Assembly (NCBI GenBank): GCA_003649205.1
Contig: QMRC01000001.1
Span: 192,001 to 256,000, forward strand
Source of the DNA: Thermoprotei archaeon
Lineage (GTDB): Archaea > Thermoproteota > Thermoprotei > Thermoproteales > B15-G16
DNA: 64,000 nucleotides
Direction of reading: 5' to 3'
The notes beneath the pieces are model-generated. The model ran no database searches. It was not told the origin of the DNA and saw only the letters and a list, made by a program, of their open reading frames with translations. A program made the position numbers and the translations under genes. Below, piece by piece: positions 1 to 8,889 of this stretch. The number at the start of each line of letters is the position of its first letter. The first letter of the stretch is position 1.

Positions 1-2
1 TC

Positions 3-860
3 GATAGGGTATTCTACCCAACAAAACCAGAGTTACAGGACTTAGTCATTAAGCTAGTTATTGAAGTTTTAGGTGGAACTGTACTCAAGCTACCTACGAA
101 TCTGTATAGGTTCGTGAAGTATGTAGTTGAGAGGCTACGTGTTAGAGGTAAGATCTTCTTAGTGATAATTGATGAAATAACTAGGTCACTAGATCAATAC
201 CGTGTATCGATTAGGGATTATGTTGCTAGTCTCAGCTTGAAGATATACGATATCTCAAATGAGTACAGCTGTACATTCTACCCAATACTCCTCACGAGTG
301 ATCAAACAGCTACAGAACTCTTTATAAGGGAGAGAGGTAAGAACCTAAGTACTCACCTACTATGGAACTTACCTAAAGAAGCACTCACTGAACTTCTTCA
401 ATTACTCAATTCACCACTTGACACTGCTGTAGTTTGGTACATTACTGGTGGAAATCCTAGAGAAGTTCTTCTACTAATGAGGGAGTATAGGTGGGAGTTG
501 ATACCCTACATAGATGCCAGGGTGAGGGATGTTGTATCTGTAATTGCTGAGTACATCCGAGATGTTGGTATCTCCATAGATGAGGTAATACATCAGTGTC
601 GAGTAGCAGTTGAGAATCCAGATTACTTAAGTTATCAGAGATTTTGGAATTACCTACTTAGGTACAACGTAGCTATGTACGTAGATGCTAGATTGCACAG
701 ACTATCAACTATTGATAGGTGTGAGTGGATTGGTGAGGATTGTGCATTTCAATTACCTATCTACTACTGGATACTGAGAGCTATCGTCGATAGGAGGAGA
801 TTGAGAGTAACAGCAAGAGATGTACTGGAGGTACTTAGATCACGTACTAACATCTTTTAA
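3..860 (+). CDS. Archaeal P-loop ATPase (Arch_ATPase-like), 5'-truncated by window edge
   Basis: Frame open from position 3 (DRVFYPTKPELQ...) into ORF 114..860; Walker B IIDE and TGGNPR motif. Confidence 0.7.
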   Translation, partial: DRVFYPTKPELQDLVIKLVIEVLGGTVLKLPTNLYRFVKYVVERLRVRGKIFLVIIDEITRSLDQYRVSIRDYVASLSLKIYDISNEYSCTFYPILLTSDQTATELFIRERGKNLSTHLLWNLPKEALTELLQLLNSPLDTAVVWYITGGNPREVLLLMREYRWELIPYIDARVRDVVSVIAEYIRDVGISIDEVIHQCRVAVENPDYLSYQRFWNYLLRYNVAMYVDARLHRLSTIDRCEWIGEDCAFQLPIYYWILRAIVDRRRLRVTARDVLEVLRSRTNIF

Positions 861-1665
861 ATACTACATTGATTGGGTGTAGAGCTGGTCTAAAGGTGGA
901 TTCTAGCTCTAGTGTTGGTCCTAGTACTTTGTAGAGTTTCCAGCCAACGTCTTCAGCTAGTTTAATCAGTTCATTAAGTGAGTAAGCACGTAGTTGGAAT
1001 GAGACCTCACCAAGGTACTTAAGGTCGTGATTTTGCTGCTTGTAAAATCTCCACGTATTGATGAATAAACCCCTCTCAGACCTGTAATCAGGGTACTCGA
1101 TAACGACTAGGTCATCGTAATGTGAAATAATACCCTCAACAGGTACTATATTCCTTATCAGCGATATAAAGTGTGGATTACTATGTTCAAGAATTAGTAG
1201 GTACCCACCTTCCTCAGTTAGTTCTAGACATTGCTTCAGTATTGATTTATCGGTTTCTTCATCGTAGTACCCAATTAACGTAGTCCAGATGAAGTACACT
1301 ACCTTGAAGGGTGCGTAATCACGTAGGTACTTCACTAGCTCTCTAGCATCACCAGCAATGAACTTAACTCTGTCTTCAAGACCTAGCTCTCTAGCTCTCT
1401 TAATACCATCCTCGATGAGGATAGGTGAGATATCTATACCATAGACCTCATACCCATACCTAGCGAGGTGTAGAGCAACTCTACCATTACCATAACCAAC
1501 TTCAAGCACCTTACCAGACTCAACACCAAGTGACTTCAGTAATCGAGCAATTGCCTCAGCACTCCTCCTACCTCTCTCCCACATTTGCCCTGAACTAACC
1601 ATCTTTAGGAATAGCTCACCATAGTCTATGAATAGCTTCTCAATCCAGTTACTCAGGCACTTCAC
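847..1665 (-). CDS. Class I SAM-dependent methyltransferase
   Basis: Motif I VLEVGYGNGR, GIDIS, GDAR. Confidence 0.85.
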   Translation of the reverse strand: MKCLSNWIEKLFIDYGELFLKMVSSGQMWERGRRSAEAIARLLKSLGVESGKVLEVGYGNGRVALHLARYGYEVYGIDISPILIEDGIKRARELGLEDRVKFIAGDARELVKYLRDYAPFKVVYFIWTTLIGYYDEETDKSILKQCLELTEEGGYLLILEHSNPHFISLIRNIVPVEGIISHYDDLVVIEYPDYRSERGLFINTWRFYKQQNHDLKYLGEVSFQLRAYSLNELIKLAEDVGWKLYKVLGPTLELESTFRPALHPINVVFKRC

Positions 1666-1669
1666 CTCA

Positions 1670-1909
1670 CTAGGTACCTGTTAAGAGGTCAAGCAATCTA
1701 ATACCTTCCTTGATACCATCAATAACTTCCTTGCTGTAGAACTCAGTGTACCCACAACGACAGCAGATAACAGCAACGTACTCGTAAGCTTGCCAGTCAA
1801 GTAATCTAGTTAGTCCTGCACCTGTGAAGGCATGTTCCTGTATCTTAAATTCAATTGAGCCACACTTAGGACAACGCCAACCGGAAAAGTACTGACTTAG
1901 CTCGACCAA
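1670..1909 (-). CDS. Zn-ribbon protein (DUF2082-like)
   Basis: CPKCG...CCRCGYTEFY pattern, 79 aa. Confidence 0.75.
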   Translation of the reverse strand: MVELSQYFSGWRCPKCGSIEFKIQEHAFTGAGLTRLLDWQAYEYVAVICCRCGYTEFYSKEVIDGIKEGIRLLDLLTGT

Positions 1910-1948
1910 GAGAGTTCACCTCTACTCATCTGGAGTATGGTATTATAG

Positions 1949-2428
1949 CTATACCTTGTCTCTCCTCTTGTTGAGTATTTCTAAGAGTTTATCAATGTAG
2001 TGAGCAATTGTACTGTATACTCTGAGGTATGTAGTGATATCATGTCCAAAGGGATCCTCTATATCGTCGTCAATACCTGTGATGTACCCAATCAATGTCG
2101 TTACTGGTACATCAATTCCATGAATCTCACAGATGCACTTAACTTCATCAACTAGATTACGCTCCATGGTCAGCACTAAATCTGGTCTAAAGACCTTAAT
2201 TACATCACCTACGTACCTAGGTACGTGATCACTTAAATTCACACTAAATATCCTAGCCGCTTCAATAGCTTCATGCGGTATTCCATATCTGTACGGTACT
2301 GTACCTCCTGAGCTAGCTACATGAGGTAAATTGATATCTCTACACCTCTTATTGAAGTACCTCTCAGCAAAAGGACTCCTACACACATTACCGATACACA
2401 CAAAGACTATTCTCATGATTTCTCTCAA
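1949..2428 (-). CDS. Low-molecular-weight protein tyrosine phosphatase family protein
   Basis: VFVCIGNVCRS P-loop (C-x5-R) and DIEDPF general-acid motif. Confidence 0.85.
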   Translation of the reverse strand: MREIMRIVFVCIGNVCRSPFAERYFNKRCRDINLPHVASSGGTVPYRYGIPHEAIEAARIFSVNLSDHVPRYVGDVIKVFRPDLVLTMERNLVDEVKCICEIHGIDVPVTTLIGYITGIDDDIEDPFGHDITTYLRVYSTIAHYIDKLLEILNKRRDKV

Positions 2429-2663
2429 GTAATGTGGGTTATTTTAGAAATTCTCTTAGTTACATACCTATCCTCAAGTGATTAGAAGGTGATACAGCTG
2501 GCTTAGCTTAAATTGCGTGATCTCAAGTTGGAGTTGTACCATGACTACATCGTTATACCAAATTATGTAACTTGTCAATCTCGTTTAGAGAAGTTACTCG
2601 GGATAAGGAGCATACTTAGTGATTTGTACATGAAGGTTAATCGACGTACTTCCATATTGAGAT

Positions 2664-2682
2664 GAGAAAACGTTTATCTTTT
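2664..2682 (+). promoter_or_regulatory. Putative BRE/TATA of a leaderless operon 2706-4952
   Basis: gagaaaacg-TTTATCTTTT about 25-33 nt before ATG 2706; no RBS. Confidence 0.45.
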
Positions 2683-2705
2683 AGCTTGTTCTTCTTTCTC
2701 ACAGC

Positions 2706-3299
2706 ATGCTGTTACTCCTAAAGCTGACAGAGGAGGGCTACGTTCCAGTTCTATTCTCAAGAGAGGACGATCCTCTAGATGAGGAACGTGATCTAGAGTT
2801 ATTGACTTCCTTGACTGTAGCTGTGCTCGGTTTTGCATCAATACTATCACATGACACTGTTGAGCTCAGTACTGATACTGGTCAGAAGCTCTTTGTTGTA
2901 ACTTCTCAGAGCGGATACTGTTTAGCTATTTGGAGTGATAGCGAAATCAATAGGAATTTAGCTAGGGAGACATTACGTAAACTCGAGGAGCTGCATAAGA
3001 GTAGTAAACTTACGCCTCTTCACATGTGCGTTGCTGAGTCCCTACTACGTAGTAATTTACCTCCCGATGTTCTTGACTTTGTTGGGAGAGCTATTGACTT
3101 TGCTGAATCCGAGTTTAAGTATGCTCTTGACCTATCAGTCAATTTCACTGAGCTTCCAGATGACGTGAAGAAGAGAATGATTGCTATCCTCGAGAAGCTA
3201 CCTATGAAATTTGAGGAATTACTTCACTATGTTTCTGATAGGGATGTCCTTATGGGTATTCTCGAGTTAATTAAGTTAGGTATTCTCATAGTTAGGTGA
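2706..3299 (+). CDS. Hypothetical protein; probable longin/roadblock-like N-terminal domain plus C-terminal winged helix
   Basis: Hydrophobic pattern beta-beta-alpha-beta-beta-beta-alpha in residues 1-100; C-term MKFEELL...LMGILELIKLGILIV is wHTH-like. Confidence 0.55.
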   Translation: MLLLLKLTEEGYVPVLFSREDDPLDEERDLELLTSLTVAVLGFASILSHDTVELSTDTGQKLFVVTSQSGYCLAIWSDSEINRNLARETLRKLEELHKSSKLTPLHMCVAESLLRSNLPPDVLDFVGRAIDFAESEFKYALDLSVNFTELPDDVKKRMIAILEKLPMKFEELLHYVSDRDVLMGILELIKLGILIVR

Positions 3300-4321
3300 G
3301 CTTCATGTTGTGGATGCTCGAAGCGCTCAAAATTGCACGCAAGGTTGATGACTACGTACTGCACTGTGTTTGGGATGAACTCAATAAGCTTGGTATTGTT
3401 GATGAATTGAAGAGAGGTACTGAGCCTACGGTTATTGCCGATAAGTTTGGTCTCGATAGATCACTATTCTTGTCATTGTATAACGCTCTCACTCAAACAA
3501 GACTTATTAAAGCTATTTTAAAAGGTGTTAAGAAACCGAAACTTGGTCCTGAGTTTTCTAAATTTGAAACTGGTATGAGAATGCTTGTTAGAGCTTTCTT
3601 CATGAGGATGCAAGGTAAGGTTCCAGATGAAATGGAGATCTTTGATAGAAGGTTCTACATCTTGTCGTTTAAGTCTATACATGTAAATAGAGCTATTATC
3701 AGAGCAAAAGCGATAGGACTTAGAGGTCTTGGCTTTAAACCTAAAAACGGTGTTAAGCTTATTGAGCTTGGTGCTGGTTATGGCTCATTTACACTATCTA
3801 TCCTCAGTATGTTAGCTAGATACGGTGTGAGAGACTTCAAGCTAATATGCGTTGACATGAGTGAAGATATGGAAAAGGAATTCTATAAGACTGTGACATC
3901 TGAAATGTTAACGTCATTGAACATACCTGAAAAGTATCTTGAAAATATCGAGTATAAGATTGCTGATGTCTCAGAGCTTCCTAAGTTTGCCAACGACCTT
4001 GGTAAGGAATCCTTCGATTATGCTCTATCCTGCGCTCTTCAGCATTGGGTTAGGAATAGGCATGAGATGTATAGAGGTATTGCTACGTTACTTAAACCTG
4101 GTGCTATTTGGTTTGATGTAGGTTCTCTCTATACTGAGAAGGTTCCTTCACTAATGTCAGTACTTCTACTATTTACGAGGGATTATGCTGGTGCACTTAC
4201 TGAAGCTGATTTAGATGAAATTAGGAAACACCTTGTAGTTGAGAAGGTTAAGACAAGGAGAACTAAGACCTTTACATCAATTCACATCCGAGCCGCTAAG
4301 CCAGTGTACTTGGTGATGTAG
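3296..4321 (+). CDS. SAM-dependent methyltransferase with N-terminal HTH-like domain
   Basis: IELGAGYG motif I, ICVDMS, IADV, SFDYALS, LLKPGA; overlaps upstream stop (GTGA). Confidence 0.8.
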   Translation: MSFMLWMLEALKIARKVDDYVLHCVWDELNKLGIVDELKRGTEPTVIADKFGLDRSLFLSLYNALTQTRLIKAILKGVKKPKLGPEFSKFETGMRMLVRAFFMRMQGKVPDEMEIFDRRFYILSFKSIHVNRAIIRAKAIGLRGLGFKPKNGVKLIELGAGYGSFTLSILSMLARYGVRDFKLICVDMSEDMEKEFYKTVTSEMLTSLNIPEKYLENIEYKIADVSELPKFANDLGKESFDYALSCALQHWVRNRHEMYRGIATLLKPGAIWFDVGSLYTEKVPSLMSVLLLFTRDYAGALTEADLDEIRKHLVVEKVKTRRTKTFTSIHIRAAKPVYLVM

Positions 4322-4322
4322 G

Positions 4323-4952
4323 ATGAATATTGACATCAGGTCTCTCCTGGAGAGATTGAGGACTGTTAAAGTCATGGTAATTGGCCCCCCGTATGCAGGT
4401 AAGACTACATTACTGCAAGCTATCGATAGTAGGTGTAGGTGTATCACTACACAAGCAAATTCTCCAGCTCCGTACAGGAGTACAGTGTTTATTGATAGTA
4501 GCTGTATTGTTTTTGATTTGAATACCGGTAGGTGGTTCTCAAGTGGATCTGAGTTCAGTAATTACCTTCTGGAATCTCAAAGTGCTATTGACAATGCTGT
4601 GAAACGCTTTATCAAGGTTAAGTTCATAGGTACCCCAGGTCAGCGAAGATTTGAGTATCAACGTGATATACTGTTTAGTCTACATAAGGTAGTTGATGTT
4701 GTTGCTCTTGTCGTCGATTCTGCTTCTGAAAGTAGCATCAATGAGATTCCTAAGTTTCTTGACCTTGTTAAGGCTAAGTTGAGGTATAAGGCTCTGTTAC
4801 TAGTTGCTAATAAGCAGGATATACCTGGTGCATTGCCTGGTTCTGAAATTGCTAAGAGATTCGGTATTCAGGAATTTGTTGAGACTAGTGCTCTCCATGG
4901 TTGGGGTGTAGACAGATTTGTCAGGAAGTGCGTTGAGTTAGGACTTAGCTGA
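4323..4952 (+). CDS. Small GTPase (MglA/CvnD-like, Ras-like superfamily)
   Basis: G1 GPPYAGKT, G2 TVFID, G3 GTPGQ, G4 NKQD, G5 SAL. Confidence 0.88.
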   Translation: MNIDIRSLLERLRTVKVMVIGPPYAGKTTLLQAIDSRCRCITTQANSPAPYRSTVFIDSSCIVFDLNTGRWFSSGSEFSNYLLESQSAIDNAVKRFIKVKFIGTPGQRRFEYQRDILFSLHKVVDVVALVVDSASESSINEIPKFLDLVKAKLRYKALLLVANKQDIPGALPGSEIAKRFGIQEFVETSALHGWGVDRFVRKCVELGLS

Positions 4953-4999
4953 TCAAGGAATTACCTTAAGAATATTCCTGAAGAGGTACTAGGAAGCCT

Positions 5000-5025
5000 A
5001 AGAAAGAGAACGAAAATAGAGAAAG
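5000..5025 (-). terminator. Pyrimidine/T-rich terminator after rpl15e
   Basis: TTTCTCTATTTTCGTTCTCTTTCT on minus strand just past the stop codon. Confidence 0.4.
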
Positions 5026-5046
5026 CCTATGAGAGAACCCACCTCC

Positions 5047-5601
5047 TTACTTCTCCTTCCCCTCCCCCTCTTCACTCTTACCTTCTTTGCCAATTCGCCT
5101 CTCAGCCTCCTCAATAATCCTACGTACATCCACTTTATACCTCTTCCTCCTCTCGACACCATACAACCAGCTAAAGTCAGGATCACTCCTTATACATGGA
5201 TGTTCAGGATCGACAAGAATGACCTCGAAGTATTTATAATGACCGTCTTCACCTACCCAGTAGCTTCCAAGGACCTCCATGTTTGGGTACCTTCTTGCTG
5301 CTCTCTCCTCTGCTATTAGCTGTAGGCTTTTCTTTGCTGCATGGTAAATACCCATTCTCTTTGGTCTTCGACCTGAGTCAGGTCTTGGTTTCTCGAGTAG
5401 TCCTCTACGAACCTTTACTCTCACAACTATGATACCGGGCTTTGCCTTGTAGCCTAGTTGTCTAGCTTTGTCTAGTCTCGTTGGTTTTGGTATCCTAACT
5501 ACTGTTGGTTGCTTTCTCCACTGAACCATCCTTTGTTTGATGATTTCCCATATCCAGCTCTTTCTAGCTCTTCTCCAAGCTAACTTAATGTACTTGTACA
5601 C
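5047..5601 (-). CDS. rpl15e: 50S ribosomal protein eL15
   Basis: [30 protein letters not shown]-type motifs; GGTGA RBS. Confidence 0.97.
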   Translation of the reverse strand: MYKYIKLAWRRARKSWIWEIIKQRMVQWRKQPTVVRIPKPTRLDKARQLGYKAKPGIIVVRVKVRRGLLEKPRPDSGRRPKRMGIYHAAKKSLQLIAEERAARRYPNMEVLGSYWVGEDGHYKYFEVILVDPEHPCIRSDPDFSWLYGVERRKRYKVDVRRIIEEAERRIGKEGKSEEGEGKEK

Positions 5602-5660
5602 TGAACTTCACCGCGTAGGTCTTCCTTGAGGTACTTCTCTAAAAACTTAACCACTTTGAG

Positions 5661-6926
5661 CTAGGTAAGTACCTTAGTGAGGAGTGACTCAGTAGCTACT
5701 ACGAGGGGATCTCTCAAATTAGTTAGCTCTGGATTGTATCCAATGGTGATGTGTAGTAGTTCCTGTAGTGATGTACTCTTCAGTATGCTTATTGCAATGA
5801 GTTTAGCTATGTCACATACTCTCTGATCTGTACCAGCTATGAAGCTACCGAGTAGTCTCTGTGTTCTGTAGTCGCAGATTAGCTTTAGCGTGATCTCACT
5901 AACTTCCTTCCCTGGAAGGGGTTGAGTTATCGGTGATCTAATTCTCGAAGCTACAGTGTTCACACCTTGCTTTCTTAGGAAGGTAGCTGTGTAGCCGATG
6001 AGTGCTATGATGTACTTACCTAGCTTCAGTAGCCTAATTGGTACGAAACCTCTTACGTGGATGCTGTACCCAGCTAGCTTCAGTGCTACGTACAGTGCAT
6101 GGAGGTAGGAGAATGTATCTGATTCAAGCTTATTAGCTATACCGAGTACAGGATCTACTACCTTGCTGCATCTACCTACGCAGTAGATATTGCTGTACTT
6201 CGTTGATCCGATGGTATTAGTTGCAGGTTCTTCACCGAGATCGAGATTAGGTACCTTAGACCAACTACGTAGCTCTACCTTAGCAATTACGTCAACTTCA
6301 TACACTTTCTCAGGCTCCGTGACGACACCGTACTTAATACCTTCCTCTTCAAGCACCTTGGTGATTAGAGACCAAGTATCTGGATCTAGGTACTCACGAA
6401 CATAGCTAGGTATTAGGAGTACACATTCGATACCTAATTCCCTCAATACGGTGAGTAGAGTTGATGCAAGAGTAGAGAAACCGTAGACACCAATGACCTT
6501 ACCCCTATCAACTAGCTTACGAAGCTCTAGAGCACTATCCTCACTCCAGAAGTGAAGAATTACCCTATCATCAATCACGAGAGGACCATGTACTTTGGGT
6601 CCAGTACATACTGCCAGAATATCGAAAGCTATCTCTTCATCACCTACTACAGCTATACGCTCAGTAGTGCTGATGCTTGAGACTGTAGATCGGAGTAGTA
6701 GTTCAACACCACAGTAATCTTGTAGATGTTCACGAGTATACATCTGCACATCATCAAGTGACAAAACATCAGAAACCACGTAAGGAAGTAGAGACCTAAT
6801 GACAGCAATTCTCTCGTGTTCCTCAACTACGGTGATATCTACCCGTGGTAAGTACCTACTTAGCAAGACTGCGAGCGAGCAACCAGCAATACCACCACCA
6901 ATGATGAGTACCTTCATGGCTATCAA
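5661..6926 (-). CDS. FAD-dependent pyridine nucleotide-disulfide oxidoreductase-like protein (CoADR/NADH oxidase fold, degenerate)
   Basis: IIGGGIAG FAD motif, LPY, C-terminal dimerisation-like LKLICD...LLG...YNP. Confidence 0.7.
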   Translation of the reverse strand: MIAMKVLIIGGGIAGCSLAVLLSRYLPRVDITVVEEHERIAVIRSLLPYVVSDVLSLDDVQMYTREHLQDYCGVELLLRSTVSSISTTERIAVVGDEEIAFDILAVCTGPKVHGPLVIDDRVILHFWSEDSALELRKLVDRGKVIGVYGFSTLASTLLTVLRELGIECVLLIPSYVREYLDPDTWSLITKVLEEEGIKYGVVTEPEKVYEVDVIAKVELRSWSKVPNLDLGEEPATNTIGSTKYSNIYCVGRCSKVVDPVLGIANKLESDTFSYLHALYVALKLAGYSIHVRGFVPIRLLKLGKYIIALIGYTATFLRKQGVNTVASRIRSPITQPLPGKEVSEITLKLICDYRTQRLLGSFIAGTDQRVCDIAKLIAISILKSTSLQELLHITIGYNPELTNLRDPLVVATESLLTKVLT

Positions 6927-6941
6927 CCTCCATACTTTCCC

Positions 6942-7475
6942 GTGGAGAAACTTAATTTAGCTACCTACGCAATTTGGACATCAATGGGAAGGATCAAGGT
7001 ACTATTCCTCGATCTAGATGGTACAGTGTGGGATCACCTTGACATATCGAGCCTTAAACCACCATTCACAAGAATATCTGACAACACCATTGTAGACAGT
7101 ACGGGTGTGACTGTACACCTTCACCAGAACGTACGTAGATTTCTGTCAGAGATTAGGGAGCTAGGTATCAAGGTCATTGCACTGAGCTGGAACGTCTACG
7201 ACATAGCATACCAGGCACTACAGGCATTTGACTTAGTTAAGTACTTTGATGCACTCTACATAGAACCTCATCCACATAAGGGCTACCTAATGGCGAGAGC
7301 ACTTCAGGAACTCAACCTAAATGTTAAACCGTGTGAGGTCCTGTATGTCGATGATCGAGATATACACATTGATGAGATTAAAGCAATTGTTGGAGATGTA
7401 GTTTTTATCCAGGCTTGGAAGCACTTTAAGAGCTTTAATGAGCTTCTCGACCTTGTAAAGAAGTTATGCTCATAG
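6942..7475 (+). CDS. Magnesium-dependent phosphatase-1 (HAD IIIC); start probably 6984
   Basis: DLDGTVWDH, SWN, YVDDR. Confidence 0.88.
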   Translation: MEKLNLATYAIWTSMGRIKVLFLDLDGTVWDHLDISSLKPPFTRISDNTIVDSTGVTVHLHQNVRRFLSEIRELGIKVIALSWNVYDIAYQALQAFDLVKYFDALYIEPHPHKGYLMARALQELNLNVKPCEVLYVDDRDIHIDEIKAIVGDVVFIQAWKHFKSFNELLDLVKKLCS

Positions 7476-7583
7476 TGCTCTCCTCCAACTACTTGCTGCT
7501 CTAGGTACTTTACTCATTACCTCAATTGAGCTAGGGTTTTTTATTCTGAGCTGGTCTACAGGACTCCTTGAGGTATCCCTACG

Positions 7584-8612
7584 TTGATCACTATGAGGCG
7601 TGTAGTTAAGGTTGATGGTGATCTTCCGCTTATTGGTTGTATAGCGTTTGGGATAATTGATCGTGGTACCAACCTACTTCAGATTAGGGTTACTACGTTA
7701 TGTCCCTACAACTGTATCTACTGCTCGGTTGATGCTGGACCTCACTCACGTACTAGACAGACTGAGTACGTGATTACTGATGTTGACTATCTAGTTGAGA
7801 CCTTGAGGCAGGTAATTGAGTATAAGGGTGTTAAGCATGTTGAAGCTCACTTAGATGGTGTTGGTGAAGTTATGACCTATGACAAGATTGTTGAGTTAGT
7901 TCAGAAATTGAGTGAGATTCCTCAGATCAAGGTAATTTCGATGCAGACTAGGGGCTATAGATTCACCTATCATATCCTCGATGAGTTAGCTGATGCAGGT
8001 TTGAGTAGGGTCAATTTATCGATTGATGCTTTGGATTCTGACTTAGCTAAGTACATGGCTGGTGTTGACTGGTACAATGTTGAGGAGGTTATCAACTATG
8101 CTGAGTACATTGTGCGTTCAACTAAGATGGATCTTCTGATAGCTCCTGTTTGGGTTCCTGGTATTAATGATCGTGAGATACCTAGATTGATTGAGTGGGC
8201 TAAGAGAATTGGTGCCGGTAAGAGGTGGCCTCCTCTTGGTATTCAGAAGTTTGTTGTTCATAAGAGAGGTAGGAAGCCTAGAGGTGTTAGGGAGATGAGG
8301 TGGAGTGAGTTCTATAGGTGGTTGAGGAAGTGGGAGAAGGAGTTTGGTATTAAGTTGGTGCTCTCTCCTGAGGATTTTCAGATATTTAAGACTAGGTCGC
8401 TACCAACTAGGTTTAGAGTTGGTGAGAGAATTTGGGTTAAGGTCGTTGAGTGGGGGTGGCAGAAGGGTGAGTTACTTGGTGTTTGTGGTGATAGATTAGT
8501 AACTATTGTTGGTGTTCGTAGCGATGAGGGGGAGTATCTTCTTGGTAAAGTTGTTAGGGTTGAGGTTATCGAGAATAAGCACAACATATACCTAGCTAGG
8601 TTACATCTATAG
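7584..8612 (+). CDS. Radical SAM protein with C-terminal TRAM domain (COG2100-like)
   Basis: CPYNCIYC motif; GIIDRGTN; C-terminal beta-rich TRAM-like domain. Confidence 0.85.
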   Translation: MITMRRVVKVDGDLPLIGCIAFGIIDRGTNLLQIRVTTLCPYNCIYCSVDAGPHSRTRQTEYVITDVDYLVETLRQVIEYKGVKHVEAHLDGVGEVMTYDKIVELVQKLSEIPQIKVISMQTRGYRFTYHILDELADAGLSRVNLSIDALDSDLAKYMAGVDWYNVEEVINYAEYIVRSTKMDLLIAPVWVPGINDREIPRLIEWAKRIGAGKRWPPLGIQKFVVHKRGRKPRGVREMRWSEFYRWLRKWEKEFGIKLVLSPEDFQIFKTRSLPTRFRVGERIWVKVVEWGWQKGELLGVCGDRLVTIVGVRSDEGEYLLGKVVRVEVIENKHNIYLARLHL

Positions 8613-8805
8613 TTTATGAGGTGTTTTAGTAACTTATTTGCTATCTCCATGTAGTAAGCTAAGGTGGTACTAGCTTGTGTAGCAGAGCAACACCATGTAC
8701 GTCTCCAGTAGCTCCATTAGTTGTAAGGAGGTATTGAGTGCATTCCAGAGGAAGCTCAGTACAATTTCATTAAGCTAGGGTAATTGTTTAAGTGTAGGTT
8801 ATTGT

Positions 8806-8819
8806 GAAAGCTTATATAG
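8806..8819 (+). promoter_or_regulatory. BRE/TATA for leuS
   Basis: gaaagc-TTATATAG about 70 nt upstream of ATG 8890. Confidence 0.5.
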
Positions 8820-8889
8820 TTAATTTGTATGTTTTACGAGGACGAGGTGAAGTCTGTGGTGCAGAGCTTTCTATAAGGCTCTTGAGCAA

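Noticed and set aside
2489-2665. Short + frame (GTG...TAG...TTG, 50 aa LRDLKLELYHDY...) upstream of the GTPase operon; considered as stop read-through
   Set aside because: No recognisable motif or recoding signal; could be a remnant or chance ORF
4998-5319. ORFs 4998..5186 and 5029..5319 and the purine/pyrimidine tract near 5040-5090
   Set aside because: Shadow frames of rpl15e; the tract encodes its E/G/K-rich tail
8743-8753. TTCCAGAGGAA ORB-like sequence before leuS
   Set aside because: Single partial box, no G-string, no initiator gene nearby
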